Source: Terriglobia bacterium
GTDB taxonomy: Bacteria; Acidobacteriota; Terriglobia; 20CM-2-55-15
Reading direction: 5' to 3'
NCBI GenBank assembly: GCA_965198225.1
Contig: CBDAOY010000009.1
Coordinates: 1,120,001-1,184,000 of the forward strand
DNA: 64,000 nt
Shown here one piece after another: positions 30,012 through 40,425 of the stretch. Position 1 is the stretch's first letter, and each line of letters begins with the position of its first letter. The notes beneath the pieces are model-generated. The model saw nothing but the letters and a program-made list of their open reading frames with translations. It did no database searches and had not been told where the DNA came from. The position numbers and the translations under genes are program-made.

Positions 30012-31108
30012 CAACCCTCCTGATGGTGATGGCGCTGGCTGCTCCCGCGACGCCGCAGCAATCCGCCGCCTCGAGTGACGAGTGGCCCCAGTTTCGTGGT
30101 GGCGCGCAGCTGACGGGTGTCTCGGCCGTGGATTTGTCCGACCGCCTGAGCCTCGCCTGGACCTACGATGCCGGGGAGTCCATAGAGTCCTCGGCCGCCA
30201 TCGTGGGGGGGACGGTTTATGTTGGTTCCCAGTCTGGTGAACTGCATGCCGTGGACCTGGCGACGGGCAAGGCCCGCTGGACCTACGATGCGGGGGAACC
30301 GATCGGGGAGTCCTCACCGGCCGTCGCCGACGGCGCGGTATACATAGGGGACCTGTGGGGCACGGTTCATGCGGTGAGCATCGCCGACGGCAGCGTGCGA
30401 TGGAAGTTCGCGACGGAGAGCGAAATCAAATCATCCCCCGTCGTCGTGGACGGCAAGGTGTTGATCGGCTCCTACGATGGTTTTTTCTACGGGATCGATT
30501 CGGAAACCGGGAAGCTGGCGTGGTCGGTCGAAACCCAGGGGCCTGTACACGCCACGGCTGCGATTGCCGACGACGTTGCCTACATTTCGGGATGCGACGG
30601 CTATCTCCGCGGTATCGGCATCAGCGATGGTTCCGAGGTGTTCAGCATCGACGCAGGAGCCTACACCGGTGCTTCTCCGACACTCGTCGACGACCGGCTC
30701 TACTTCGGTACGTTCGACAACGAGGTGCTGGCGGTCGACCTGAGCGAGCGACGCGCGCTCTGGGTCTACGAACCGGAGCGCCGGTTTCCGTTCTACTCCT
30801 CGGCGGCAGTGGCCGGTGGCCGTGTCGTGGTCGGCGGACGCGACAAGCTCGTCCACGCGCTCGACACCGACACCGGAGAACAGGCCTGGTCGTTCGCGAC
30901 GCGTGCCCGTGTAGATTCCTCGCCAGCCATCGCGGGTGGCCGCGTGTATGTGGGATCGAACGACGGTCGCTTCTACGTGCTGGATCTGGCCACCGGCGAG
31001 AAGCTTTGGGAGTTCGAAGCCGGGGGCCCGATTTCAGCTTCCCCGGCGCTTGGCGACGGCTACGTCGTCATCGGATCGCAGGACGGCCTCCTGTTCGCCT
31101 TCCGATAA
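29999..31108 (+). CDS. exported PQQ-like (BamB-like) beta-propeller protein
   Basis: Signal peptide MRALTTLL..., EWPQFRG, regular SSPAV.dG.VYvGs.dG repeats. Confidence 0.88.
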   Translation: MRALTTLLMVMALAAPATPQQSAASSDEWPQFRGGAQLTGVSAVDLSDRLSLAWTYDAGESIESSAAIVGGTVYVGSQSGELHAVDLATGKARWTYDAGEPIGESSPAVADGAVYIGDLWGTVHAVSIADGSVRWKFATESEIKSSPVVVDGKVLIGSYDGFFYGIDSETGKLAWSVETQGPVHATAAIADDVAYISGCDGYLRGIGISDGSEVFSIDAGAYTGASPTLVDDRLYFGTFDNEVLAVDLSERRALWVYEPERRFPFYSSAAVAGGRVVVGGRDKLVHALDTDTGEQAWSFATRARVDSSPAIAGGRVYVGSNDGRFYVLDLATGEKLWEFEAGGPISASPALGDGYVVIGSQDGLLFAFR

Positions 31109-31263
31109 GGGTTGGGTGCCGGGCCCGGTTCTTGGGCCGAACCTTACCCAATGCCGAGTTCCGATTCGCTGAAAAGACCGCTGTTAGTCCGATTCGACTT
31201 CCTGCTTCTCCCGGACTTCCGCCCTCGGACTGACTCGGGCTTGTTAAGTTGACAGTACCCGGG

Positions 31264-32133
31264 TCACAGCAGCTGCGCCAGATCCCGCGGCAGAGGTGAT
31301 TCAAACCTTAGAAGTTCTCCAGACGATGGGTGCTCGAATTGCAAGGAGCTGGCGTGCAATCCCAGTCGCCGGGCGGGATTCGTGCGCGCGTCATATTTGT
31401 GATCGCCGACGATGGGACATTCCGCGTCGGCCAGATGCACCCGGATCTGGTTGCGCCGTCCCGTCTCTGGTGTCAGTTCGATCAACGCGCGGGTCGCGAG
31501 TCGCTTCATCACCCGGTAATGGGTTACAGCTTGGCGAGTTCGCTCGCCGGGAGGAGCGCTGTAGACCTTGAAGGGGCTGCTCTCATCCAGGTGTGACCTC
31601 AGAACGCCGTGGTCGGCTGGTGGATTTCCTTCCACCACTGCCAGGTAGTGTTTTTCTGCCTTGGACCAATGTGCCTGCAGCGCCTGCTTCGCCGCCTCCG
31701 TCTTCGCAAAAACCATCACCCCGGACGTTTCGCGGTCCAACCGGTGGACGATCCACACTCGTTCGGGGCTCTGAGGATTGCCGCGGCGCACGTAGCCAGT
31801 CAGAAAGGCGTAGGCTGTCTTGTCCCGTTCCGTCGCGCTGGCCATGCTCAGCAGATTCTCGGGCTTCTCGATGACAATTAGCGACGCATCCTCAAATAAT
31901 ACTTTCATTCCCCGTGGCAACAGACCTTCTCCGCGCACCTCGCCCTTGACGAGAATCGAAACCAAATCCCCGGTCTGCAGAGGGTGGTTGGAGCGCCTGA
32001 TCGACCGCCCGTTGACTTGAACCGATCCATGCTTGAGCCACTGCCGCACCTTAGTCCTCTTCACCTCAGGGCGACAGGCGAACAGAAAGGCCAGAAGTTC
32101 CGCAGGGTGTTCGACAGTGTGAGATGCGGGCAT
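31264..32133 (-). CDS. RluA family RNA pseudouridine synthase
   Basis: S4-like N-terminus, IEKPENLL, VHRLDRETSG, TGRRNQIRVH, PIVGD. Confidence 0.93.
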   Translation of the reverse strand: MPASHTVEHPAELLAFLFACRPEVKRTKVRQWLKHGSVQVNGRSIRRSNHPLQTGDLVSILVKGEVRGEGLLPRGMKVLFEDASLIVIEKPENLLSMASATERDKTAYAFLTGYVRRGNPQSPERVWIVHRLDRETSGVMVFAKTEAAKQALQAHWSKAEKHYLAVVEGNPPADHGVLRSHLDESSPFKVYSAPPGERTRQAVTHYRVMKRLATRALIELTPETGRRNQIRVHLADAECPIVGDHKYDARTNPARRLGLHASSLQFEHPSSGELLRFESPLPRDLAQLL

Positions 32134-32488
32134 GACGCTATGTTGCGGTGAGACAGGCTCCCGAAGCCATCAAGCAATCCGTCGAACGCGACGCAGACGA
32201 AAGGGCATTGTCAGGTCAACGCTACGCCGGGCGAAATGGCGGGACAAAAAGCTGCCGATCTCGCTACCTGCGACAATACACAACGATTCTTGCATATTCA
32301 CGAGTCATTCAGGATCTGTTTCGAATTGGTCGGCACCGGTTGAGGGCTGTTCATCACGGGAGGCCGCGAGCACGATCTCTCAGAGTGCGGGCCGCGGCGA
32401 CACCAGCCTGATTCCGGACCAGTCCGCTCTCATGCTGATTCGGGCTCGTTGACTGATCCTCAGGTGTCCGCGAGATCGGAAGACCAAG

Positions 32489-32908
32489 TCATCGTCCATG
32501 GACGAGCGTCTTCACTCCATCCTGGAAGACGACCTCGATCTTGTTGCCGCCCTTGACCGTGATCGTCACGCCGATCCCAAAGCTCGGGTGCTCCAGAACG
32601 TCACCCAACTCGTAACTGTCCTGGGAGGAATAGCGCTTGGCGAGGGACATGTCTTTCCCGTTCAGGAGTTCTTGATAACGGCTCACCCGCGCTTTTCGCG
32701 GTCGAGGTCCACTGGAGGCCGCTACTTTGCGCTGGCGCACTTTTTTGGGACCCTCACCTGGCTTGTGAGGCCTGTATTTGTGCTGCGCTCTGCAGGTATT
32801 GCAATGGACTCGCGCCGGACTGTCGCCGACCATGGCCTCGATCGTGTGCGCCAAGATGAGTTTGCAGGCACCACACCAACTGTCAACGTCATCGCCCGGC
32901 TTTAACAT
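32489..32908 (-). CDS. conserved hypothetical Zn-ribbon-like protein
   Basis: SD AGGAG then MLKPGDDVDSWCGAC...CNTC...H; C-terminal 'HPSFGIG...IEVVF...LVH'. Confidence 0.75.
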   Translation of the reverse strand: MLKPGDDVDSWCGACKLILAHTIEAMVGDSPARVHCNTCRAQHKYRPHKPGEGPKKVRQRKVAASSGPRPRKARVSRYQELLNGKDMSLAKRYSSQDSYELGDVLEHPSFGIGVTITVKGGNKIEVVFQDGVKTLVHGR

Positions 32909-33024
32909 TGTCTCTCCTGATAGTAGGTCACTTGATCTTCCGGATTCGAGGGGCCACGACATTATGCCCGACGGCCATCGGCACTCGATGGAACAGAACA
33001 CGGCTTCTACTTGTTTACAGCTGA

Positions 33025-33195
33025 AGCTGACATCAAGTTTGCGGCCGAGCCGCTCGGCCACCAGTTTCGGGTCAACCTCCAGACCGTTCATCAGCGAGGT
33101 GTGGAACCGTGCACTACCCGAAAACTGACGCATCCCAGATCCGCGTTCAAGGATGCGCGGCGCGAAAAGCGTCTGCCAGAGGTTATCGTTGCGCA
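33025..33195 (-). pseudogene. degraded C-terminal fragment of a tyrosine recombinase/integrase
   Basis: Joining across frames gives DNLWQTLFAPR...DLGCVSFRVV...HTSLM..LEVDPKLVAERLGRKLDV, resembling the integrase box II / LGH region. Confidence 0.5.
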
Positions 33196-33366
33196 CCAAA
33201 CGATAAGTAAAAGCTATTTAGCCAAGTGAGTTTGATTGCTTCGTGATATTCACCCAGGTTCCCAAGCTGACGACGAAACCTCTAAGGCGTACGCCCATCC
33301 TGTGGCTCTCCCCGAGGACTTGCTGTTTGAGTTGGTAACGACTCGGGACAGTGGGCCGGGCGGGCT

Positions 33367-34455
33367 TCAGCCCGTCCTCTGCTCGAAGGCCCTCATGAAT
33401 TCGACCAGTGTGTCGACGCCTTCTTCGGGCAACGCGTTGTAGATCGAAGCACGCATTCCTCCGACCGAGCGGTGACCTTTAAGGCCGTCGAGGCCCTGCG
33501 CTGTCGCTTCCTTCAGGAACACGGCTTCGAGCTCTTCGGTCTCCAGACGAAACGTCACGTTCATGAGCGACCGGCTTCCTTCAACAGCTATCGGCCGATA
33601 AAAGCCGGAACGATCGATTTCCGCATACAGCTTTGCCGCTTTGCGCGCGTTGACCTCGCCGATCGCAGAAAGCCCGCCCCGTGATCGCAGCCATTTTACC
33701 GTCAACCCGAGGATGTACACGCCGAAGGTGTTCGGAGTGTTGAAGAGCGAATCGTTGGAAGCATGCGTGCGGTAGTCCAGCATCGACGGCAGGGTATCGC
33801 CGGAGCGCTCGAGCAGGTCTTCGCGGATGATCACCAGCGTTACCCCCGAAGGACCGAGGTTCTTCTGGGCGCCCGCGTAGATCACACCATATCGCTGGAC
33901 ATCGACCAGTCTCGAAAATATGTCCGAGGATGCGTCGCCGACGAGCGGCGTGTCGCCGACGTCGGGAAGCGCACTCCATTGGGTACCTTCAATCGTGTTG
34001 TTGCTGGTGATGTGCGCGTAAGCGGCCCCGGAGGTCAGGCTCAGCTCGCCCTGGGCCGGGATTCGCGAGTAGCCCTCGGTCATGCCGGTTCCGGCGACAT
34101 TCACCTGACCGATACGCTGGGCTTCCTTGATCGCCTTTTTCGACCATGACCCCGTATCGATGTAGTCCGCCGTCGATCCCGCCTCGAGCAGGTTCATCGG
34201 TACCATCGAGAATTGCAGGCTCGCGCCGCCCTGCAGCATGAGAATCTTGTAATTCGAAGGAACGTCGGCGAGCTCCCGGATGTCGTCCATCGCGTCGTTC
34301 AATACGGACTTGAACGTTTCGGATCGATGACTGATCTCCATCACGGACATGCCGACACCGGGCAGGGAGACAAGCTCGCGCTGCGCCTGCTCCAGGACTG
34401 GCAGCGGTAGCGCCGCCGGCCCGGCAGAGAAATTAATAATTCGATCGTGGCTCAT
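33367..34455 (-). CDS. serC: phosphoserine aminotransferase
   Basis: NFSAGPA, SVMEISHRS, NNTIEG, YAGAQKNLGPSG, GHRSVGGMRASIYNA. Confidence 0.97.
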   Translation of the reverse strand: MSHDRIINFSAGPAALPLPVLEQAQRELVSLPGVGMSVMEISHRSETFKSVLNDAMDDIRELADVPSNYKILMLQGGASLQFSMVPMNLLEAGSTADYIDTGSWSKKAIKEAQRIGQVNVAGTGMTEGYSRIPAQGELSLTSGAAYAHITSNNTIEGTQWSALPDVGDTPLVGDASSDIFSRLVDVQRYGVIYAGAQKNLGPSGVTLVIIREDLLERSGDTLPSMLDYRTHASNDSLFNTPNTFGVYILGLTVKWLRSRGGLSAIGEVNARKAAKLYAEIDRSGFYRPIAVEGSRSLMNVTFRLETEELEAVFLKEATAQGLDGLKGHRSVGGMRASIYNALPEEGVDTLVEFMRAFEQRTG

Positions 34456-34727
34456 GTTGGATTTCTCAGGTTCCTTATAAGGTCGACTGACAGACGATTA
34501 TAGACCGGCCGTCCCGGTCGTGGGTTACCGAGGTATCCCGGCCGTGGATGGAGGAGTCGAAACGAATTTCCGTTTCTCTGGTATTCGGGGTGTGATCGGG
34601 AGAAATGGACAATGAGAAAAGCGTTGAGTCGGCGGAGCTGGGACGTGCCGGAGCGGGCACTGGGTCGATGGCAGTCAAGTCGGGAGTCTTGATGGTAGCC
34701 GAGGTTCTGACCTATCTGATACCGAAG

Positions 34728-34946
34728 CTATGCGACCTCAACCCAGTCGCAAACAGTGGTGGGCGCCGGAACTGCTTCACCGTCGTGCCGCATCCCTTGC
34801 AGGTCCAAGTGTATAGCCTCCCGGATTCGATACTTGGTCTCTTCAACAGTCTCGTCCGTAGCAATGCACCCGGGCAGATCGGGCACGTAAGCCGAACAAT
34901 TGTGCTCCCCTTTTTCGATGACGATTCCGTATTTCACAGAAGTCAT
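34728..34946 (-). CDS. hicB: HicB family antitoxin (short, no DNA-binding domain)
   Basis: YGIVIEK...AYVPDLPGCIA..ETVEE...IREAI.L. Confidence 0.88.
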   Translation of the reverse strand: MTSVKYGIVIEKGEHNCSAYVPDLPGCIATDETVEETKYRIREAIHLDLQGMRHDGEAVPAPTTVCDWVEVA

Positions 34947-35128
34947 TTTAGACCTGCCTGTCTGAGAACGCTACTCAGCGTTTTGGGGTGAATGTCGTCA
35001 TTCGGATGACCGGAGATTGTGACACGCCCTGTCTTTGATGGATGTTTGTATTGACGGTGTCCTCCTTTCGAGGACACTCTACGCCAACCATCCTGTTCGA
35101 TGAGCGCCAGGACTTCGCGCACCTGCAC
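34943..35128 (-). CDS. hicA: HicA family mRNA interferase toxin
   Basis: DGW....KGGHRQYKHP.K.GRVTI.GH...TL.SVLRQAGL; overlaps hicB. Confidence 0.9.
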   Translation of the reverse strand: MQVREVLALIEQDGWRRVSSKGGHRQYKHPSKTGRVTISGHPNDDIHPKTLSSVLRQAGLK

Positions 35129-35463
35129 GATTGGATCGGTCCGTCAATCGGATGGATTGCATGGTCGATGGGGATACCAAGGCACATCTCGAACCAACCC
35201 GCATAGCCGGTGAATCAGCGGGATGCGACCGTCAGGTGCCGAGATTGTCTGCCGTAACGCAACAGCGTTTGTCTGGGTTTCGCGACTATGTTGCGGATCT
35301 CGGTTTGCACCCTGCCACAGAGTTGTGATTATGGTCCGGTCGAGCGTGCCGCAGGTGTGAGTGCTTCTCACCTCTTGCGATACAATGGCCGCATCCGTCA
35401 CCGGTCGAAACCAAATCTGACTCCCGCAACCGCCCAACCATCTGAAGGATCGAGGAGGCGAGA

Positions 35464-37113
35464 ATGGCAACAGCGCGATACGTACTTTCTGTACCGGCAA
35501 TCCTGCTGATTCTGGCCGGCACGCTGCCCGCCGGCTTGCCGACCACTTTCGGGCAGTTCCAGCCAGGCTACGTTGATCCCGAACCTGTTCTGCAGGCCGT
35601 CGCAGCCGCGATCGGCAGCGACAACTTGAAATGCATCACGATCTCGGGGACCGGCTACACCGGCATCGTCGGTCAGCAACGGTTGAATGACAAGAATGTC
35701 GATTGGCCCGACGGCGAGCCACTGGCCAACTACACCCGCACCATGAACTGGGAAGCCGGGATCATGACCGAGGAGTTCGAACGTGAGCCGGGCCTCAACC
35801 CGGCATCGTGGAAACATGGACTGGGCTGGGTCGGCGGCACCCCACTCCAGCGGAACGCACACCAGACATTCGTGGTCAACGGCAATTACGCGTGGCACAT
35901 GGACGGGCCGGGAGGCGTTCCGATTCGGGCGCGGCCCGAAGATGCGGAGCTATGGCAGCTCGACATGTGGATGAACCCGCATGGCTTCCTCAAAGCCGCC
36001 AGGATGCCCGGTGCCAACCCGCAGGCCGTATGGCGCTGGGAGCTCGGAGAAATGGGTCGAGACGGTCCGACCAGGAACCCGGAGAAGGTCATCGTGGTGT
36101 CCATAACCGTGCTGGGCAAATACCGCGTGGATGCCACGATAAACAAAGAGAACATGCTGCAGCGGATCCACACCTGGGTTCCTGACCCCGTCCTCGGGGA
36201 CATGAATTACGAACACGAGTTCACCAACGACAGCTACGTCGATCTCGGTGGCGGTGTTCGGTTTCCCACCTCGTGGCACCACCACGAGGGTTGGGACGAC
36301 AACTACCAGGCCCAGAGCGTCAACGCCGGACACAACAGTTTCGGCGGCACCTTCGATGAAATCGAAGCGAACGTGTGTCCCGATTCCTTAGCTGTTCCCG
36401 ACGCCGTTCGCGAAGCGGCATTTGAAGTCCGGGTGGAGACCGAGAGGCTGGCGGATGGAGTGTATCTGCTCGGCGGAGGATCGCACAACAGCGTAGCGGT
36501 CGAGTTCGACGACTTCGTGACAGTGGTCGAGGCGCCCCTCGACGAGAAGCGGAACCTCGCCGTCATCGAAGAAGTCGTCCGACTCTTCCCAGACAAGCCG
36601 ATCCGGTTCCTCGTCAATACCCACCAGCACCATGATCACATCGGCGGACTCCGGACCTACATGCACATCGGTGCCACGATCATCACGCACTGGAAGAATT
36701 TCGATTTCTACACCCGCGACGTCCTGAACTACGCACAGCGGACCCTGCAACCCGACATGCTGTCGCTGTGGCCGCCGACCGAGCTCGCGGAGGGCTATCA
36801 GTATGAGCAGGTGACTGAGAACTACGTGTTGAGTGACGGTGCCCGGAACATGAACATCTATTACGTCCATCCCCTCGGCCATGTCGAGGGGATGTTGATG
36901 GCGTACCTGCCCGCTGAGAAGATCGTGATCGAAGCGGATCTTCTCGACACGAATCTGCCGCTTCCCGCGACCCCCACCGACTCCAACATGAGGTTGTACA
37001 ACCAGACCCGAGCGCTGGACCTGGACGTTTCTACCATCGTACCCATCCACGGTCAGCCGGTGCCATGGACGGATTTCTTGAAGGTGGTCGGCCGGGCCGG
37101 TGATGTGAACTAG
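35464..37113 (+). CDS. secreted MBL-fold metallo-hydrolase with a long N-terminal domain
   Basis: SD GAGGAGG, signal peptide, NTHQHHDHIGG, GHVEG, EADL, PIHG. Confidence 0.85.
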   Translation: MATARYVLSVPAILLILAGTLPAGLPTTFGQFQPGYVDPEPVLQAVAAAIGSDNLKCITISGTGYTGIVGQQRLNDKNVDWPDGEPLANYTRTMNWEAGIMTEEFEREPGLNPASWKHGLGWVGGTPLQRNAHQTFVVNGNYAWHMDGPGGVPIRARPEDAELWQLDMWMNPHGFLKAARMPGANPQAVWRWELGEMGRDGPTRNPEKVIVVSITVLGKYRVDATINKENMLQRIHTWVPDPVLGDMNYEHEFTNDSYVDLGGGVRFPTSWHHHEGWDDNYQAQSVNAGHNSFGGTFDEIEANVCPDSLAVPDAVREAAFEVRVETERLADGVYLLGGGSHNSVAVEFDDFVTVVEAPLDEKRNLAVIEEVVRLFPDKPIRFLVNTHQHHDHIGGLRTYMHIGATIITHWKNFDFYTRDVLNYAQRTLQPDMLSLWPPTELAEGYQYEQVTENYVLSDGARNMNIYYVHPLGHVEGMLMAYLPAEKIVIEADLLDTNLPLPATPTDSNMRLYNQTRALDLDVSTIVPIHGQPVPWTDFLKVVGRAGDVN

Positions 37114-37119
37114 CACCAA

Positions 37120-37309
37120 AAACTCCCTCCTTGGAGAAGGAGGGGTGGATGCGCCGCCAGGCGCAGACGGGGTGGTTTGTTCATGATCAGACCCATTCCT
37201 GTTTCGGCTCGCGCCAGTGCCACCTCTCCTCATTTCAAGAAGGGGAGGTTCTTGATCAGCACCACCCCGGCGCTTCGCGCCACCCCGCCTCATCTGAGGA
37301 GGGGAGTTT
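37120..37309. repeat. REP-like palindromic cluster (CCCCTCCT...AGGAGGGG family)
   Basis: AAACTCCCTCCTTGGAGAAGGAGGGGTGG...CGGGGTGGT (37120-37176) and inverted ACCACCCCG...CCACCCCGCCTCATCTGAGGAGGGGAGTTT (37261-37309), with a partial unit between them. Confidence 0.75.
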
Positions 37310-37584
37310 GGACCTCACCTACTCACACTCCGGCCCCTCTTTGGTCCAAGAAACTTGATTAGTTTTCCGTCCGCATCCTGGACCTGAGTTGGGTGGGCGT
37401 TCGGGGATCTTTACGAGTAACTGACCAGCCCACAGCGGTGGTCGGCGTCGGAAGGGTCGAAGCGCCGATTTGTTTAAAGGACGGAACGTCCTCAGCCGAA
37501 CATAAGACTGAGGGCAGTGCAAACGTCCGGAAAAACATCGATCCGGGCGAGAAGTCCGGACAACTTCGCTGTTGTGAGCTTGCC

Positions 37585-38901
37585 ATGATCAACATTCATC
37601 TGAACCCCAGGGTTCGCAATGTCGGCGTCTCGCCGACCGTGGCCATCAACGATCTTTCCAATGAGCTCCTGCGTGACGGCCGGAATGTTTTCAAACTGGG
37701 GTTGGGCGAATCGCCTTTTCCGGTGCCCGATTCGGTCGTGGAAGCGCTGCGGGCCGCGGCCGAGGAGAAGAGCTATCTTCCGGTAAAAGGTCTGCCGGAA
37801 TTGCGGGAAGCCATCGCCGACCACCACCGGCGGGAGTTCGACGTGGAGTGCGATCCCGAAGACGTGTTGATCGGACCGGGATCGAAGGAACTGATGTTCC
37901 TTCTGCAACTGGCCTACTACGGCGACTTGATCATCCCTTCTCCGTCATGGGTCTCCTACGCGCCCCAGGCCGGTCTCGTGGGCCGCAAGATCCATTGGGT
38001 GGAGACATCCAGCGAGAACAACTGGCTGATCACGGCCGAAGAGTTGGAGGCGGTGTGCTCGAGGAATCCGACCGAGCCGCGGTTGATGATCATGAACTAT
38101 CCGTCGAACCCGACCGGCCACACCTATACCCAGGATCAGTTGAAAGATCTGGCCGAAGTTGCCCGCAGGCACAACATCGTCCTGCTCTCGGACGAGATCT
38201 ACGGGAAGCTGCATCACGATGGCGCGCACGAGAGTATTGCCCGCCTCTACCCGGAGGGAACGATCTTCAGTGGGGGCTTGAGCAAGTGGTGCGGCGCCGG
38301 AGGTTGGCGTCTGGGTGTCTTCGTATTTCCGCCGGGCCTGCGCTGGCTTCTGGACGCGATGGCGGCGGTGGGCAGCGAAACGTTCACTTCGACGTGTAAT
38401 CCCGTGCAGCGGGCAGCGACCTGTGCGTTCAGGGAGAATCCCGAGATTGACAATTACCTGCGCGATGCGCGTCGAATCCTGAAAGCGCTGGGATCGGAAA
38501 TGGCCGGGCGGCTGAAGTCGGTCGGAAGCCGGATCGAGAGTCCGGAAGGGGGGTTCTACCTGTTTCCCGATTTCTCACCCTTTCGGGAGAAGTTCCATCA
38601 GCGCGGGATCGAAACCAGCAATCAGTTCTGCGGACACCTTCTGGAAGACACCGGAGTCGCGATCCTGCCGGGCAGCGTCTTCGGGCGTCCCGAAAACGAA
38701 TTCACGGCACGCCTCGCTTACGTGGATTTCGACGGCAGGGCAGCCTTGAAGGCGGCTTCCCGCATTCCCCCGACCGAACCCCTCGGCGACGCGTTCCTCG
38801 AGGAACATTGCGGCCGAATGCTCGACGCCGTAGACCTGATCAGCGGATGGGTCGGTTCCAATCACGCGGTCCGGGATCGGGTGGCCGTCAGGATTTCCTA
38901 G
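37585..38901 (+). CDS. class I/II PLP aminotransferase (aspartate aminotransferase-like)
   Basis: GLGESPFP, YPSNPTG, SDEIY, GLSKWCGAGGWRLG. Confidence 0.9.
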   Translation: MINIHLNPRVRNVGVSPTVAINDLSNELLRDGRNVFKLGLGESPFPVPDSVVEALRAAAEEKSYLPVKGLPELREAIADHHRREFDVECDPEDVLIGPGSKELMFLLQLAYYGDLIIPSPSWVSYAPQAGLVGRKIHWVETSSENNWLITAEELEAVCSRNPTEPRLMIMNYPSNPTGHTYTQDQLKDLAEVARRHNIVLLSDEIYGKLHHDGAHESIARLYPEGTIFSGGLSKWCGAGGWRLGVFVFPPGLRWLLDAMAAVGSETFTSTCNPVQRAATCAFRENPEIDNYLRDARRILKALGSEMAGRLKSVGSRIESPEGGFYLFPDFSPFREKFHQRGIETSNQFCGHLLEDTGVAILPGSVFGRPENEFTARLAYVDFDGRAALKAASRIPPTEPLGDAFLEEHCGRMLDAVDLISGWVGSNHAVRDRVAVRIS

Positions 38902-38919
38902 CGCCGCAACGGCGAGCCT

Positions 38920-39948
38920 TTACCGAAAGACTGACTTCTCGATCGTCGCGTGGATCCCCTTCGTTCCGTCCACAAACTGGGTCACGCTCAAATCGACCGC
39001 CAGCGAGCAGACGATGTAGGCGTCATCCCGGCTCAAGCCTTTTTCATTCACAAGAAAATCGATCATTTCACGCGTGGCGATCCGCACCGCCTCCTCGAGG
39101 TTGGGATGCAGCCCCATCGACATGTAGTGGGTGGGTGTTTCCGCCCGCGGCCAGCGGATCGACGCGTTCTTGTGCAGGATCACCTGGACGGTGCCGCGCA
39201 TTGAGGTCTCCAGTGCCGTCACCGTGATTTCGCCGTCCCCCTGCATGGCATGCCCGTCACCCATCGACAACAGCGCGCCCGGTACGTGGACCGGTGTGTA
39301 CAGCGTCGTTCCGGCCACCAGCTCCTTGTTGTCGAGGTTACCGACGTGGGGACCCGGCGGGCCGCTGCTGATTCTCCCATTCAGCGGGTTTGGAGCGACG
39401 CCGATCGACCCGAAGAAGGGCGCCAGCCGCGGCTTGACTCCGGGCGCGATCTCCGCCGTCCCCTCCTCGAGATCGAATCGAATCAGTCTCAGGCTGGAGT
39501 AGGGGAAATCGTCGGGCAGCGTCCCGGCACCCGGGATGAAGCCTCCGATACCGAAGGGATGCAGAAACTCGAAGTCCAGGATGCGGACCTCGAGCATGTC
39601 GCCCGGCTCGGCGTCGGTGACGTAGATCGGTCCGGTCAACGGATGGGCTCCCGGTCCCCGGTCCGTCACGGCTTCCTCGACGACCTTGAGCGCTTCGGGA
39701 ATCTCGTCTTCCCCCGCACCGGCCATGTAGAGCCGTTCCAGTCCGCGTGCGATAAGAGCGTCGACTACAACGGTGTCGCCGGAGTCGATCCTCAGGACGG
39801 GTTCCAGCCGGCCATCGTAGTATCCCCAGTGAACGTTTTCCGGCACGAGCTTCAGTTCATGCGTGTTCTGCGGAGGCTCACCCGATCCACTCTTGTTCAA
39901 GGCGGTGAGGACGAGGATAAGCAAAAGTGGAAGACGTTTGCGTGTCAT
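38920..39948 (-). CDS. acetamidase/formamidase family protein with signal peptide
   Basis: HPLTGPIYV, GNLDNKEL, GDGHAMQGDGE, ALET; hydrophobic N-terminus. Confidence 0.88.
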   Translation of the reverse strand: MTRKRLPLLLILVLTALNKSGSGEPPQNTHELKLVPENVHWGYYDGRLEPVLRIDSGDTVVVDALIARGLERLYMAGAGEDEIPEALKVVEEAVTDRGPGAHPLTGPIYVTDAEPGDMLEVRILDFEFLHPFGIGGFIPGAGTLPDDFPYSSLRLIRFDLEEGTAEIAPGVKPRLAPFFGSIGVAPNPLNGRISSGPPGPHVGNLDNKELVAGTTLYTPVHVPGALLSMGDGHAMQGDGEITVTALETSMRGTVQVILHKNASIRWPRAETPTHYMSMGLHPNLEEAVRIATREMIDFLVNEKGLSRDDAYIVCSLAVDLSVTQFVDGTKGIHATIEKSVFR

Positions 39949-40092
39949 GTCGTTTCTCTCGATCTGTTTCGTCAGTTGAGACATCGACCGGAATCGTTTG
40001 AGCTTTTTGAGCGCTCGCTTCCGGATCGTGATTTGTTCTTCGGTATGGTACTGAATCAGGAGGGACCTGTGTTGAGTTTGTGGAAATGCTCA

Positions 40093-40258
40093 TAGTGGCC
40101 TGTAACAGTGCTATCGGCCCGAAGGGTTCGGCGGAACGGCGCCGTCTTCGGTGTCGTAACGCCCTCGCAATGAAACAGCATTGGCTCGGGCGCCACTCCT
40201 AGAATCCGACGCCGTTCGGCCGAACGCTGGTACCGATAGCACTGTTACAGGTCACTAG
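40093..40258. mobile_element. MITE copy 3 (module B only)
   Basis: TAGTGGCCTGTAACAGTGCTATCGG...CCGATAGCACTGTTACAGGTCACTAG; interior nearly identical to the right half of copy 1. Confidence 0.85.
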
Positions 40259-40425
40259 ATGGTCGCTCGGTGCCGCAACTGCGATCGAAGAAAACGAAAG
40301 AATCCGACGTGACAGGGCCGACGCTGTTATCCTCTCAGATTGACTGTTCCGCAGGCGCAGAGCCCTTCCCGGAGTCCAAGATGGAGTAACTGTGGCGGAT
40401 GCCTGCGCGTACATACTATAGAGTG

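Noticed and set aside
32909-33199. 97-aa N-terminal extension of the Zn-ribbon ORF
   Set aside because: A good SD and ATG lie at 32908; the extension is better explained as decayed integrase sequence
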